Source: Vicinamibacteria bacterium
GTDB lineage: Bacteria; Acidobacteriota; Vicinamibacteria; Vicinamibacterales; JAENWD01
Assembly (NCBI GenBank): GCA_963787035.1
Contig: CAWBBN010000029.1
Span: 20,617-84,616 of the forward strand
DNA length: 64,000 nt
Direction: 5' to 3'
Below are positions 21,548 to 30,093 of this stretch, one piece after another. The notes under the pieces were generated by a model, which was given only the letters and a program-made list of their open reading frames with translations, had not been told where the DNA came from and ran no database searches. How positions within the stretch are numbered: the stretch's first letter is position 1; the number at the start of each line of letters is the position of its first letter. The position numbers and the translations under genes are program-made.

Positions 21548-23303
21548 GTGAGCAAGTCTTCGGGCGAACCGGCCGTCGGTGTCGATTCGACACTGGCCGC
21601 CGAACCGCATCTCAGGGCCGTTCTAGAAGCGCAGCCGGTCATCCTCGTCCGCCTGGCGCGGGACGGCACCTTCATGGCCGTCAACGAGTCGGGCGTCTCG
21701 GCGCTTGGCGCCGAGCGACTCGAGCAGCTCCTCGGGACGTCCATCGCCGCCCTGCTCCCACAGGACGAGCGCAACTCGCTGCTCGTGTTTCTCGAGAAAA
21801 TCACGTCAGGGAACCGCGGATCGCTCGAAATCGACCTGACGGCGCTGACCGGCACCCGTCACACGATGCAGCTTGCACGCGGCGCCGCATCCGGGCGCCC
21901 CGGACGGCATCGATTCGCTGCTGGCCACGCTCAGGGACGTCACCGAGTCGCGCCGCCTCGAGCAGTCGCTCGTGGAGGCGATGGCCAAGCAGACCGAGCA
22001 GGAGTCCGCGCACGAAGCCGAGCGCGCCCGCCTGGCCGCGGAGCTGGCCGAAGCCCGGTCGCTCGGCAAGGCGGCCGAAGCCAACGAAGTCGCCGCGCTC
22101 GAGCGCAAGCTGGCGGAAGCCGCGGAGCTCAGGTCGGCGCTGGCCCTTCAGCACGCGGCCGAGGTCGAGGGGCTCACGGAGGCGCTCGACGAGCGCACCC
22201 GGATCAGCGACGAGCAATCGGCGCGTCTGAACGAGATGGCCGCCAGCGAGCAGCGCCTGAAGGCGGAGCTGGCTGAGGCGCTGGCGCGGCACGAGTCTGC
22301 GACTGCCGAAGGCGCGTCGGCGCGTCAGGCGCTCGAGTCCGCGCGCGAATCGGCGAACAGTGCCGTTCAGGAAGTCACGACGCGATTCGAGGCCGATGTT
22401 CAGGCGTTGAAGGACGCCCTGAACCAGGCCATGGAAGATCAGGCGCAGCTCGCCGAGCAGGCCGCGACCCACGAGCAGACGGCGGCCGCTCACGAACAGG
22501 CCGCGACCGACGCCCGCAATCGCGTCGCCGAGCTCGAGCGCGCCGTCGCCGAGCTCCAGCAGTCGACCGGCGAGACGATCCGCGGCTTCGAGTCGCGCGT
22601 CGAGGCGCTCGATCGCGATCTTGCGGCCGCGACGGCGGCGCACCAGGAGCTCGAACGCCAGCATCAGGCGCGCCTCGGCCAGCTCGAAGCCGCGCTCGGC
22701 GCGGCGCGCGACGCCGAGCGTCAAGTGGCCGCTCGGTTCGCGACCCTGGCGCAAGCCGCCAACCGCGTCGCGCAGGAGGCGCGCTCCCTTGCCGCGTCGG
22801 CATCCGCGAGCGCAGGCATCACCGCGCAGGCGCTGGCCGCCCGGATCGAGCAGCCGTTGAAGGACGTCCTCGGCGGCGACATCTCGCTGGCGATGGCCGT
22901 GGCGACACCGGACTCCGTGATCGCGGTACCGGCCGATCGCGTCGAGCAGGCGCTCGTCGCGCTGGCGGTGAATCGCGGCGCCGCGATGCGGTCAGGACAA
23001 ATCGTGCTCGAGATCGCCGACGTCAGCGTCGACCAGGATGCCGCGAAGGGCCGCGGCGACATGATCCCCGGCGACTACGCGCTCGTGGCCGTGCACGTCG
23101 CCGGCGAAGGCGCGGCGGACGGACTGCCGGGAAAGCTGTTCGAATCAGGCGATGCGTCCGCCTGGAGCAGCGCGCCGGCCGAGCTCGGCGGCGCGCACGA
23201 AGCGACGCGCGCGACGGGCGGCACGTTGTGGCTCGCGCATGAGGGCCCGGGCGTGGTCTTCGAGCTTTACCTGCCGCGGCAGGCTGCGGTGGAGGCGCGG
23301 TGA
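21548..23303 (+). pseudogene. PAS domain - long Ala/Glu-rich coiled coil - HATPase_c-like domain protein lacking a recognisable His phosphoacceptor box (1 apparent frameshift, extra C at 21872)
   Basis: GTG at 21548. PAS-like segment: LRAVLEAQPVILVRLARDGTFMAVNESGVSALGAERLEQLLGTSIAAL..IDLTALTGTRHTMQ / LHAAPHPGAPDGIDSLLATLRDVTE. About 300 aa of heptad-like AELAEA/LERQ sequence follows. C-terminal ATPase-like part: VEQALVALAVNRGAAM, YALVAVHVAGEG, GGAHEATRATGGTLWLAHEGPGVVFELYLP. Confidence 0.7.
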
Positions 23304-23753
23304 TGGCCGAGAAACAGGACGCCGCCGTCGAGTCCGGTGTTCGCGCCGTCGACCCGCGGTACCCGGCGGAAGCAATCTCCGCGATCACCGGCATGCGGCT
23401 CTCGCCGGGCGAAGCCGTGCGTCTGGTGAACCTGTCCGCCAGCGGCGTGCTCGTCGAGGGGAAGACGCGCTTCGTGCCGGGCACGCGCGTCGGCGTGATC
23501 TTCGAGGGACCGAAGGCGCCGCCGACGGTGAAGGGCCGCGTCGTGCGCTGCCAGGTGTCGGCGATTGCCGGCGGCGGCAGCCTGCAGTATCAGTCGGCGA
23601 TCCAGTTCGAGACAGAAGATCGACGTGCCGGTGGACGAGGCCGCGCTGCCCCAGCAGGCCACGCCGGCCGCCGCGGCACCTCCGCCGAAGACCGCCGGCT
23701 CGAAGAAACAGGCTGAGCCGCCGTCTCCGCCCAAGCTCGTCAACCGCTGGTAG
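23300..23753 (+). pseudogene. PilZ domain protein (1 apparent frameshift, extra A near 23614)
   Basis: The start overlaps the upstream stop (GTGATG). RYPAEAISAITGMRLSPGEAVRLVNLSASGVLVEGKTRFVPGTRVGVIFEG..VKGRVVRCQV..LQYQSAIQFE (N-x-S-x-x-G PilZ signature), followed by a Pro/Ala-rich tail KIDVPVDEAALPQQATPAAAAPPPK. Confidence 0.7.
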
Positions 23754-23757
23754 CGCG

Positions 23758-24219
23758 TCAGGCCACCTGCTGGCCGACGAACTGCACGATCGACGCGGCA
23801 TTCATCGCGCCCGACACGCGCTCGGCCACCTGGCCGTCCTTGAACAGCAGGAACGTGGGGATCGATTGAATCCCGTAGCGCGCCGCCAGGTCCTCGACCT
23901 CGTCGGTGTTCACCTTCGCGACGACCAGACGTCCGCCAAGCAAGCGCGCGACCTTCTGGAGCTCCGGCGCGACGGCGCGGCACGGGCCGCACCACGGCGC
24001 CCAGAAGTCCACCAGCACGGGCACGCGCGATTCGGACACGAGACGATCGAATTCCAACGACGAGGCCGCGGTCACGGGCTCGGATGGCGGCGGCAGTTCG
24101 GCCTGGCACTTGCCGCAACGCGACGCCTGCCCGAGATGCTCGAAGGCCTGCCGGTTCGTCGTCCCGCAGCCGGCGCACGTCGTCAGCACGCCCTTCTCGT
24201 CCACACGCAACCCGCTCAT
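23758..24219 (-). CDS. trxC: thioredoxin 2 type thioredoxin with N-terminal zinc finger
   Basis: MSGLRVDEKGVLTTCAGCGTTNRQ..RCGKCQAEL (2x CxxC), then VLVDFWAPWCGPCRAVAPEL..YGIQSIPTFLLFKDG. 153 aa counted from the internal ATG of ORF 23758-24579. Confidence 0.92.
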   Translation of the reverse strand: MSGLRVDEKGVLTTCAGCGTTNRQAFEHLGQASRCGKCQAELPPPSEPVTAASSLEFDRLVSESRVPVLVDFWAPWCGPCRAVAPELQKVARLLGGRLVVAKVNTDEVEDLAARYGIQSIPTFLLFKDGQVAERVSGAMNAASIVQFVGQQVA

Positions 24220-25328
24220 CGCTCGATCTCCCACTCGTCGAGTTGTTCCGCCAGCGCCGAGGCCGACGCCATGTGCAGCATCAGTCGATCGGCGTCGCCG
24301 AACGCCTGCACGAGCACGTCCGGATCGCCTGGCGCGGCACCGGCGTGAATCCGCGCGGCGGCCGACGCCCTGAGCGCCGCGTACGCCGCAAGAATCGACG
24401 CGAACCACGTTCTCAGGTCCGCGCCGTAGTAGCCCACCCAGTTCGCGAACGCGCGCGCGGCCAGGTACCGCCCGACCGGGCCGCCCCAGCGGTCCCAGCC
24501 CGGCACGTCGAACATAGGAGTCGCCTCGAGGCCTGAAGGTTTCAGGCCGTCCGGGATGCAGGCCTCGACAAGGCCGCACAACGCCCGCATCGACGTCTCG
24601 GACAGCATCAGCGGCTCGGCGACTCCGGCGCCGCGCTCGAGGGCGGCGACGACGGCGTCTTCCAGAGGGCCTTCGGCCGGCCGCCAGGCGCGCACGGACT
24701 CGACGGCGTCGCGAAGCCCGGCCATCGACACTTCAGGTGCGCGATCGGCGCGCGCGAGCAAGCGCACTGCGCCGCGTTCCCAGCGATCCCATCCGTCCCA
24801 GTCCCACAGGAGATCGCGCCTGAGGAGCGGTGGCAACGCGTCGCGCGCGTCGAGGCCCTCGAGCGCGAGATGGCGATCGATCACGGGGCCCGACGTCACG
24901 ACCTCGGCATCGCCGGCGTCGAGCAGCATCCGCGCCGCGGTCGGGCACACGTGAGAGAGCGCGACGAACGTGCCGCGTGGATCGATCAGGGCGACGCGTG
25001 GAAAATGACGGCACGCCGACGGCAGGTGCGCGTGATCGATCTCCCGCTGAATCGCGCAGAGGTTGCCGCGGCCGCGCTCGAAGAAGACGCAGGAACCGTC
25101 CGCCCGGCGCCGCAGCACCGCCGGCTCGCCGTCCGGCAGATCCGCGGCCGTCTCGAACAGATCTTCAGCGCGGTGCGCGCCGTCGGGCCTGAGCTGTCCC
25201 CACTCGAGCGCCGACTTCAGCGACCGGTAGAGCGGCGCCTCGACGGGAATCGTCCAGCCTGACGTGCAGCAGACGCCCGCGTGCCTGCAGCGATAGAGTG
25301 CGTGGAAGGCGAGAACGTGCGTCTGCAC
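24216..25328 (-). CDS. Cys-rich protein of the FliB / YkgJ (CxxCxxCC-like, UPF0153) type, function unknown
   Basis: 370-aa intact ORF. N-terminus FHALYRCRHAGVCCTSGWTIPVE, later GSCVFFERGRGNLCAIQ..LPSACRHFPRVAL. Its stop overlaps the trxC start (ATGA). Confidence 0.5.
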   Translation of the reverse strand: MQTHVLAFHALYRCRHAGVCCTSGWTIPVEAPLYRSLKSALEWGQLRPDGAHRAEDLFETAADLPDGEPAVLRRRADGSCVFFERGRGNLCAIQREIDHAHLPSACRHFPRVALIDPRGTFVALSHVCPTAARMLLDAGDAEVVTSGPVIDRHLALEGLDARDALPPLLRRDLLWDWDGWDRWERGAVRLLARADRAPEVSMAGLRDAVESVRAWRPAEGPLEDAVVAALERGAGVAEPLMLSETSMRALCGLVEACIPDGLKPSGLEATPMFDVPGWDRWGGPVGRYLAARAFANWVGYYGADLRTWFASILAAYAALRASAAARIHAGAAPGDPDVLVQAFGDADRLMLHMASASALAEQLDEWEIER

Positions 25329-25489
25329 TGGCGGCCCGTGAGGCCGCTATTCTGTCCGCAACGCGGCGATCGGGTCCACTCTCATCGCGCGCCACGCGAA
25401 GATCGCGCGCGACAGGATCGAGGTAGGTTGCTGGTTACGGGACCGGGCAGGTTGCCCGGCTCGTCCATCCTTCTCCGCGAAGCGTCACA

Positions 25490-25495
25490 TAGAAT
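25490..25495 (+). promoter_or_regulatory. -10-like hexamer TAGAAT, 6 nt upstream of the GTG at 25502 (leaderless geometry)
   Basis: caTAGAATgagcctGTG. This would favour 25502 as the true start of the SpoU-type gene, which then needs one frameshift near 25556. Confidence 0.35.
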
Positions 25496-25557
25496 GAGCC
25501 TGTGTCAGAGCAGGTGCCCTACCGCGCGACGGCTGCCGGCGCGGCGTACGACGAGTT

Positions 25558-26046
25558 GTGCGTCTGCCCGTGTCGGTGCTCCTCGACAACGTCAGGAGTG
25601 CCTACAACGTGGGCGCGTTCTTCAGGACGCTGGACGCTGTCGGCGGATCCCGGCTCTTCCTGGGCGGCTTCACGCCCACGCCGGCCCATCGCGGTGTCGC
25701 GAAGACGGCTCTCGGCGCCGAAACGACGCTGTCGTGGTCGGCGGTCGATGACGTCTCGCGCCTGCTCGACGAGTTGCGCGCGGGCGGCGCGACCATCGCC
25801 GCAATCGAGACGTCGCTGGCCGCCGTGGATCTCTTCGATTGGCAGCCCACGTTCCCGGTGTGCCTCGTCTTCGGCCATGAGGTGGACGGCATCGCGGCGC
25901 CGCTGCTGGAGCGCGCGGACGTTCATGTGCGCCTCCCGATGCTCGGCCGCAAGCAGTCCCTCAACGTCGCGACGGCGGGCGGCGTCGTCCTCTACGAGCT
26001 GCTGCGGAAGTACCGCGCGGCGCAGCTCCCGAATCGACCCGCGTGA
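25558..26046 (+). CDS. SpoU/TrmH family RNA 2'-O-methyltransferase
   Basis: LLDNVRSAYNVGAFFRTLDAVG, VFGHEVDGI, LPMLGRKQSLNVATAGGVVLYEL (SPOUT knot motifs). A possible longer form starts at 25502 (MSEQVPYRATAAGAAYDEL). Confidence 0.88.
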   Translation: MRLPVSVLLDNVRSAYNVGAFFRTLDAVGGSRLFLGGFTPTPAHRGVAKTALGAETTLSWSAVDDVSRLLDELRAGGATIAAIETSLAAVDLFDWQPTFPVCLVFGHEVDGIAAPLLERADVHVRLPMLGRKQSLNVATAGGVVLYELLRKYRAAQLPNRPA

Positions 26047-26855
26047 GCCTGACGATCGCCACCTGGAACGTCAACGGCATCCGCGCGCGCTCCCAGCAGG
26101 TGATCGACTGGATCGCGCGCGATGCCCCCGACATCGTCTGCCTGCAGGAGACGAAGGCGCGGCCTGACCAGCTGCCGGCCCTGCTCTTCGAGCCCGAAGA
26201 CTACTGGTGCCGCTGGCACGGACACGGCGGCTACTCGGGCGTCGCGATCTTCGTGAGCCGGCGCATCGCGCCGGAGGCGCCGGCATTCGCGCATCCGAAT
26301 TTCGACTTCGAGTCGCGGATCATGACCGTCGACGTGGCGGGCGTCCGGGTGGCGTCGGTCTACGTGCCGAACGGCGGCAAGGACTTCGCCGCGAAGATGG
26401 ACTTCCTGGGCTCGCTCGTCCAGTGGGCGCAGGCGACGGCCGCGGCGCAGCCGCTCGTGATCTGCGGCGATCTGAACGTCGCGCATACCGATCTCGATCT
26501 GCATCCGAAAGAGCGGAAGCCGGGAGTCATCGGCCAGCGTCCCGACGAGCGCGCCATGTTCGATCGGCTGCTTGGCGGTGGGCTCGTCGACGTCGGCCGG
26601 ACGCTCGCGCCCGAGGCGGACTCGATGTTCTCGTGGTGGGCGCCGTGGCGGAACATGCGTCAGCGCAACATCGGCTGGCGCATCGACTACGTGCTGGCGG
26701 CGCAGCCGCTGGCGGCGCGCGCGACTTCGTGTCCCGTGCTGGCCGACATCGGCACGAGCGATCACGCGCCGGTTGTGGCGACGTTCGGGGAGCTGAAGAC
26801 GCGGACGTGCAGGCGCTGCAGGCGTGCAAGGTCGCACGGACGCCGCTGCGCGTGA
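26043..26855 (+). CDS. xthA: exodeoxyribonuclease III
   Basis: MSLTIATWNVNGIRAR, IVCLQETK, VYVPNGG, VICGDLNVAH, GWRIDYVL, SDHAPVVATF. About 25 extra Arg-rich codons after ATFGE make the 3' end slightly doubtful. Confidence 0.92.
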   Translation: MSLTIATWNVNGIRARSQQVIDWIARDAPDIVCLQETKARPDQLPALLFEPEDYWCRWHGHGGYSGVAIFVSRRIAPEAPAFAHPNFDFESRIMTVDVAGVRVASVYVPNGGKDFAAKMDFLGSLVQWAQATAAAQPLVICGDLNVAHTDLDLHPKERKPGVIGQRPDERAMFDRLLGGGLVDVGRTLAPEADSMFSWWAPWRNMRQRNIGWRIDYVLAAQPLAARATSCPVLADIGTSDHAPVVATFGELKTRTCRRCRRARSHGRRCA

Positions 26856-26875
26856 CAACCCGCGGCGCGCGGCGA

Positions 26876-26881
26876 TAAGCT
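26876..26881 (+). promoter_or_regulatory. -10-like hexamer TAAGCT, 7 nt upstream of the ATG at 26889 (leaderless geometry)
   Basis: gaTAAGCTtccgcgcATG; no SD. Confidence 0.35.
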
Positions 26882-26888
26882 TCCGCGC

Positions 26889-27960
26889 ATGAGCGATCTT
26901 TCCAGACGCGAGTTCATCGGACGCACGGCCGCGGCTGCCGCGGCGATGGCCATGTCGCCGGTCGCGCGCGCCTTCGCGACGCGCCACAAGCTCGGCTTCG
27001 ACAACTTCGCCGTCCGCGGATTCGCGCTGGAAGGCGCCGCAGCTCGTCGACTACGCGGCGACGCTTGGCTGCAGCTCGATCCTGATCAGCGATCTCGACG
27101 CGTTCGAGACGCTGGACGAGGGCTACCTCACGTCGGTGCGACAGCGCGCGGCGGCGAAGAACCTGCAGATTCATCTCGGCACGTGGAGCGTCTGTCCGAG
27201 CTCGAAGGCGTTCAAGGCGAACCGAGGCACCGCCGATGAGCACCTCGCGCTTGGCATCCGCTCCGCGAAGACGCTCGGCTCCCCCGTCATCCGTGTCGTC
27301 CTCGGCACGTGGGAGGACCGGCTCACCGACGGCGGCATCGAGAAGCACATGGAGGATCTCATCGCCGTCTGCCGCCGCGCGAAGCCGCTGGCTGTCGACT
27401 CGAACGTCAAGATCGCGATCGAAAACCACGCCGGCGACATGCATTCGACCGAGCTTGCGCGCCTCGTCGAGGCCGCTGGCCCCGACTACGTCGGCGTGAA
27501 CCTCGACTCGGGCAACGCGTGCTGGACGCTCGAGGACCCCATCGACAACCTGCGAAACCTCGGCAAGTACACCGTCACCACGAGCCTGCGCGACTCGGCG
27601 GTCTGGAATACGGACGACGGGGCAGCGGTCGCGTGGACGGCGATGGGCGAGGGCCAGGTCGATCTCAAGGCGTACTTCGCGCTCTTCGACGAGCTGTGCC
27701 CGAACGTGGCGGTTCACATCGAGACGATCTCGGGCTTCAACCGCGAGTTCCCGTACCTGAAGCCGGAGTTCTGGAAGGCGTGGCCGCACATGCCCGCCGA
27801 GTCGTTCGCGCACTTCCTGGCCTTCGCGAAGAAGGGCACGCCGCGGCCGACCTTCAAGGCGCCCGACGGCGCGGACAAGACGACGGCCGAGCAGGCGTAT
27901 CAGAAGGGCGAGATCGAGCGGAGCCTCACCTACTGCAGGGAAAAGCTCGGACTGGGCTAA
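26889..27960 (+). pseudogene. TAT-exported sugar phosphate isomerase/epimerase (xylose isomerase-like TIM barrel) (1 apparent frameshift near 27030)
   Basis: MSDLSRREFIGRTAAAAAAMAMSP (twin-Arg signal); GFDNFAVRGF / shift / LVDYAATLGCSSILISD..; IRVVLGTW, KIAIENHAGDM, GVNLDSGN. Confidence 0.8.
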
Positions 27961-27968
27961 CGTGATCC

Positions 27969-28061
27969 GAGAATAGCGAATAGGGATTCAGGTACTGCGA
28001 ACGCGAGCGCCGCCAGCACTGGCAGTCCTGAATGCCTATGCGCTATCCCTGATTCCCTATT
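27969..28061. repeat. imperfect inverted repeat built from 7-nt units (GAATAGC/GAATAGG/GATTCAG) filling a convergent gap
   Basis: The left arm gagaatagcgaatagggattcaggtactgc (27969-27998) pairs with the right arm ggcagtcctgaatgcctatgcgctatccctgattccctatt (28021-28061), separated by a ~22-nt spacer. The right arm reaches the stop codon at 28057. Confidence 0.85.
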
Positions 28062-28479
28062 TGAACAGGTCGTCGAACGCTTTCCTCGCCGACGTCGGCG
28101 CCGTCGAACCGGTCTCGCGCTCCACGCGCACGGTGGGATGAAACAGCTCGCAGCGGTTGCGCTCGTCCTTCGGCGCGACGCGCGCCGGGATTGACTGCCG
28201 GCACTCGAAGCGCGCGCCGGGATCGAACGACTCGCACTGCACGCACGATCGGAGATCGACGCCGCAGCGCTTGCACTTGCTGTCGTAGGCGATCTCGTCG
28301 CCGACCGGGTTGCCGCATCGCGTGCAGCGGATCGTCTGCGTGAACCCGACGGTCTTGGTGACGCGGAACTCCGTCGGATCGCGCGGGCCGCGCGGCTCCT
28401 GCGGCTTCGGCGCCGACGGCGTCTTCGGCGCCCGCGGCTCGTCCTGATATCCGCGCTGACGGTATTTCCGCTCCGACAT
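28057..28479 (-). CDS. conserved hypothetical zinc-ribbon-rich protein
   Basis: 140-aa intact ORF with a basic disordered N-terminus MSERKYRQRGYQDEPRAPKTPSAPKPQEPRGPRDP. Then CTRCGNPV..CKRCGVDLRSCVQCESFDPGARFECRQ..RNRCELF (several CxxC pairs). Confidence 0.6.
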   Translation of the reverse strand: MSERKYRQRGYQDEPRAPKTPSAPKPQEPRGPRDPTEFRVTKTVGFTQTIRCTRCGNPVGDEIAYDSKCKRCGVDLRSCVQCESFDPGARFECRQSIPARVAPKDERNRCELFHPTVRVERETGSTAPTSARKAFDDLFK

Positions 28480-28482
28480 CGA

Positions 28483-29314
28483 CTACTCCATCGGCCAGAC
28501 GGTCAGGCCCGCCTGCCCGCGAATCAGGCCGACGAGCGACTTGCCGTCGGGGGCGAAGGCGATCGGGTCGGCCGGGGACGGCGTCGGGATGTTCAACCGC
28601 TCGGCGAGCGTGTCCGCCGCCAGCACCTGCACCGCGGCCGGGCGGCCTGAAGCATCCGGATCCCAGCCGGCCGCCGCGACGGTGCGCCCGTCAGGGGACA
28701 CGGCCAGGGCGCCAACGGCAAACCGCGTCGCCGCAGACGATCGCAGGAGCGTCCACGTGTCGGCGCTCCACGCCATCACGTTTCGCGACGATCCGCCTAC
28801 GTACAGCACCCGGCTGTCGGGCGCCCACGCCATCGCGAACGGCGTGTACGACATCGAGTCGATTGTCTTCAGGATCGCGAAGGTATGCGCGTCCCAGATC
28901 CGCACGTCGTTGTCGTCGCCCGCCGATGCGAGGAACCGTCCATCGGGCGAGAACCGGACGGCGTTGACCCCTCCAAGGTGGGCCGCGAGCCGCTTCGCCT
29001 CAGCGCCGTTGGCCGCATCCCTCACGATCACGTCGCCGGATTCGCCGCCAGGGCTCGCCCACCACTTGCCATCCGGCGAGTAGCCGAACGAGGCTGCCGC
29101 GCAGGGAGGACGCGACGGTGTCGGTGCCCGCGGCGGGGCGCCGCGCGTCGCCAGTCGGCCACGCGATGAGCCAGGCGGATTGCCCCTCTGGACCGACGAG
29201 CGTCTGGCCATCTGGACAGAACCCGAATGTCCTCAGGTGCGTGCCAGGCGCGATGGTCCGAGGCGCCGGTGCCGCGGCGAGAGCGACGCACGAGAGAGCG
29301 GCGCCCGCGAGCAA
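28483..29314 (-). pseudogene. secreted WD40/beta-propeller repeat protein (1 apparent frameshift near 29100)
   Basis: Signal-like MLAGAALSCVALAAAPAP. Repeats: FCPDGQTLV, YSPDGKWWAS, VRFSPDGRFLASAGDDNDVRIWD, MAWAPDSRVLYVGG, LAVSPDGRTVAAAG, IAFAPDGKSLV. Confidence 0.8.
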
Positions 29315-29329
29315 TGGGTGACGCCGGCA

Positions 29330-29960
29330 TCACGCCTTCTCCAGCACGAGCTCGAACGTGACCGCCGCTGTTGGCGTGCCCGGATCGCCGGTCAGCAGGA
29401 CCGGGCGAACCAGCTCGCGCGTGACCACCAGCGGATCCGCGTTGAAGTTCTTGTCGGGATCGCCCTTGAAGACCGGGTCGGTGGCGAAGTACAGCTGCGT
29501 CACGAGCGGCTTGCAGCCCGGCGCCTTCACCATGTAGTGCACGTGCTGCGCGACGCGATCGGGATAGTGCCCGGGCATCACGGTCTCGACCTGATAGGCG
29601 CCCTTGCCGTCGATCGGCAGGATCGAACGGAAGTGATATCCCTCGATGTCGTAGTGCCCGTGATGGTCGGCATGCCACAGCTCGATCGTGGCGTCGGGCC
29701 GCGCCTGGCCGGTCGGGTCATAGACGGCGCCTGAAATGACGAGCGGCAGCCCCGCGTCGCCCTGCTGGCGCAGCGTCGCGCTATGCGGCGCGCCACGCCG
29801 GTAGAACGGGCCGAGCGCGTTCGGAGGCGTCGGGTGCTTCGCGGCCTGCTCGGCCGCCAGCATCACGTCCACGAAGCCTCGACCGAACACCGGCGTCGCC
29901 AAGCAGCACGCCGGAGGCCGCACACCGTTGCAAGAGCTCTCGCCGGGACAATGGACTCAT
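29330..29960 (-). pseudogene. TAT-exported intradiol ring-cleavage dioxygenase family protein (1 apparent frameshift near 29905)
   Basis: MSPLSRRELLQRCAASGVLL / shift / ATPVFGRGFVDV. Core: GPFYRRGAP, ISGAVYDPTGQARPDATIELWHADHHGHYD, YHFRSILPIDGKGAYQVETVMPGHYP, QHVHYMV. Confidence 0.8.
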
Positions 29961-29966
29961 GCGCGA

Positions 29967-29972
29967 ACGATA
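29967..29972 (-). promoter_or_regulatory. -10-like hexamer TATCGT, 6 nt upstream of the ATG at 29960 (leaderless geometry)
   Basis: Minus strand reads gcgTATCGTtcgcgcATG. The same 12-mer TATCGTTCGCGC recurs upstream of the GH51 gene. Confidence 0.4.
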
Positions 29973-30093
29973 CGCTTCCATTCGAAGCTGATCAACTGGG
30001 AGGAATCCCCGGGCGAGGTCGCGTCTTCGAGATTGGACCGGCCACTGCGCCGGCAGGTGTCGGCCAGGCGTGTGAGGGGACCGAGCGCATGCG

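Noticed and set aside
21017-22276. 419-aa ORF spanning the end of the M1 peptidase and the start of the PAS gene.
   Set aside because: It is a chimera. The first ~175 codons are an out-of-frame reading of the peptidase gene. Only the stretch from the GTG at 21548 to the frameshift at 21872 is real (the PAS N-terminus).
21980-22900. Ala/Glu-rich region of ORF 21873-23303 as non-coding or a shadow ORF.
   Set aside because: It is in frame with a PAS-like N-terminus and an ATPase-like C-terminus. It shows charged heptad-like periodicity rather than the Arg/Pro-rich composition of shadow ORFs, so I kept it as a coiled coil.
24216-25328. FliB-like protein as evidence for a flagellar locus.
   Set aside because: No flagellar or chemotaxis genes are anywhere in the window. 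Only the N-terminal Cys motif resembles FliB, so I keep it as a Cys-rich protein of unknown function.
25329-25557. Possible sRNA or riboswitch in the largest intergenic region (229 nt). The regions 43922-44082 and 12218-12336 raise the same question.
   Set aside because: Only short GC hairpins are present (e.g. ccgggca-ggt-tgcccgg at 25443-25459), with no recognisable riboswitch core motifs or U-tract terminators. A divergent promoter region explains these spacers better.
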